64,000 bases of DNA from Azolla caroliniana. Lineage: Eukaryota > Plantae > Polypodiophyta. This document shows, piece after piece, positions 63,751 to 64,000 of this stretch. The notes beneath the pieces are model-generated. The model made no database searches. It saw nothing but the letters and a program-made list of their open reading frames with translations, and was not told the origin of the DNA. The stretch is from positions 17,050,001-17,114,000 of the forward strand of contig JBHGNT010000011.1 in NCBI GenBank assembly GCA_043228905.1, read 5' to 3'. Position numbers and translations under genes: made by a program. The number at the start of each line of letters is the position of its first letter. Position 1 is the stretch's first letter.

Positions 63751-64000
63751 CCTGAAATTAAAGCATCATATAGCATAAGATATCGTAAAAATTGGATATT
63801 GTTGTAATTTCAAAGCAATCAAAGTCTAGTGAAAAATAATTTCAGGGTTCTATGCTGTCTGGATATACTGACATGCATCATTATCGCATTGGAATGTCAC
63901 ATTGTTATCTAAGGCATGCCTATGTTATCATTCATATGTGGTGATTGGGTTATATTGCATTCTTTTGGTGCTATTAAATAAATAAATTTGTGCAATTCAA

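Overview
Eukaryotic nuclear DNA from a land plant, probably a non-seed plant such as a fern or lycophyte. This is inferred from GT-AG introns, a nuclear HslV gene and a Tcn1/Tf1-type chromovirus. Genes supported by hand-spliced models: a single-exon nsLTP-like gene (-), an intron-rich HslV/ClpQ protease (+) whose reading frame depends on a 5-nt micro-exon, eIF5 (+) with a peptide uORF, LUC7 (+), an SR30/SR34-type SR protein (+), a PCBER/IFR-like reductase (-) and the 3' part of an RFWD3-like WD40 gene (-). There is also a GC-rich orphan exon with possible decayed downstream exons (-). The 40.7-54.5 kb region is a transposon nest: a 3'-truncated Ty3/gypsy element whose 5' LTR holds a related solo LTR, two L1-like LINEs and MITEs. 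The main observations are the HslV micro-exon, a Tf1-style self-priming signature in the gypsy LTR/PBS, outward-facing tRNA-like A/B boxes in two diverged LTRs, and two tandem duplications that copy a 5' splice site. Everything comes from manual reading; no database searches were run.
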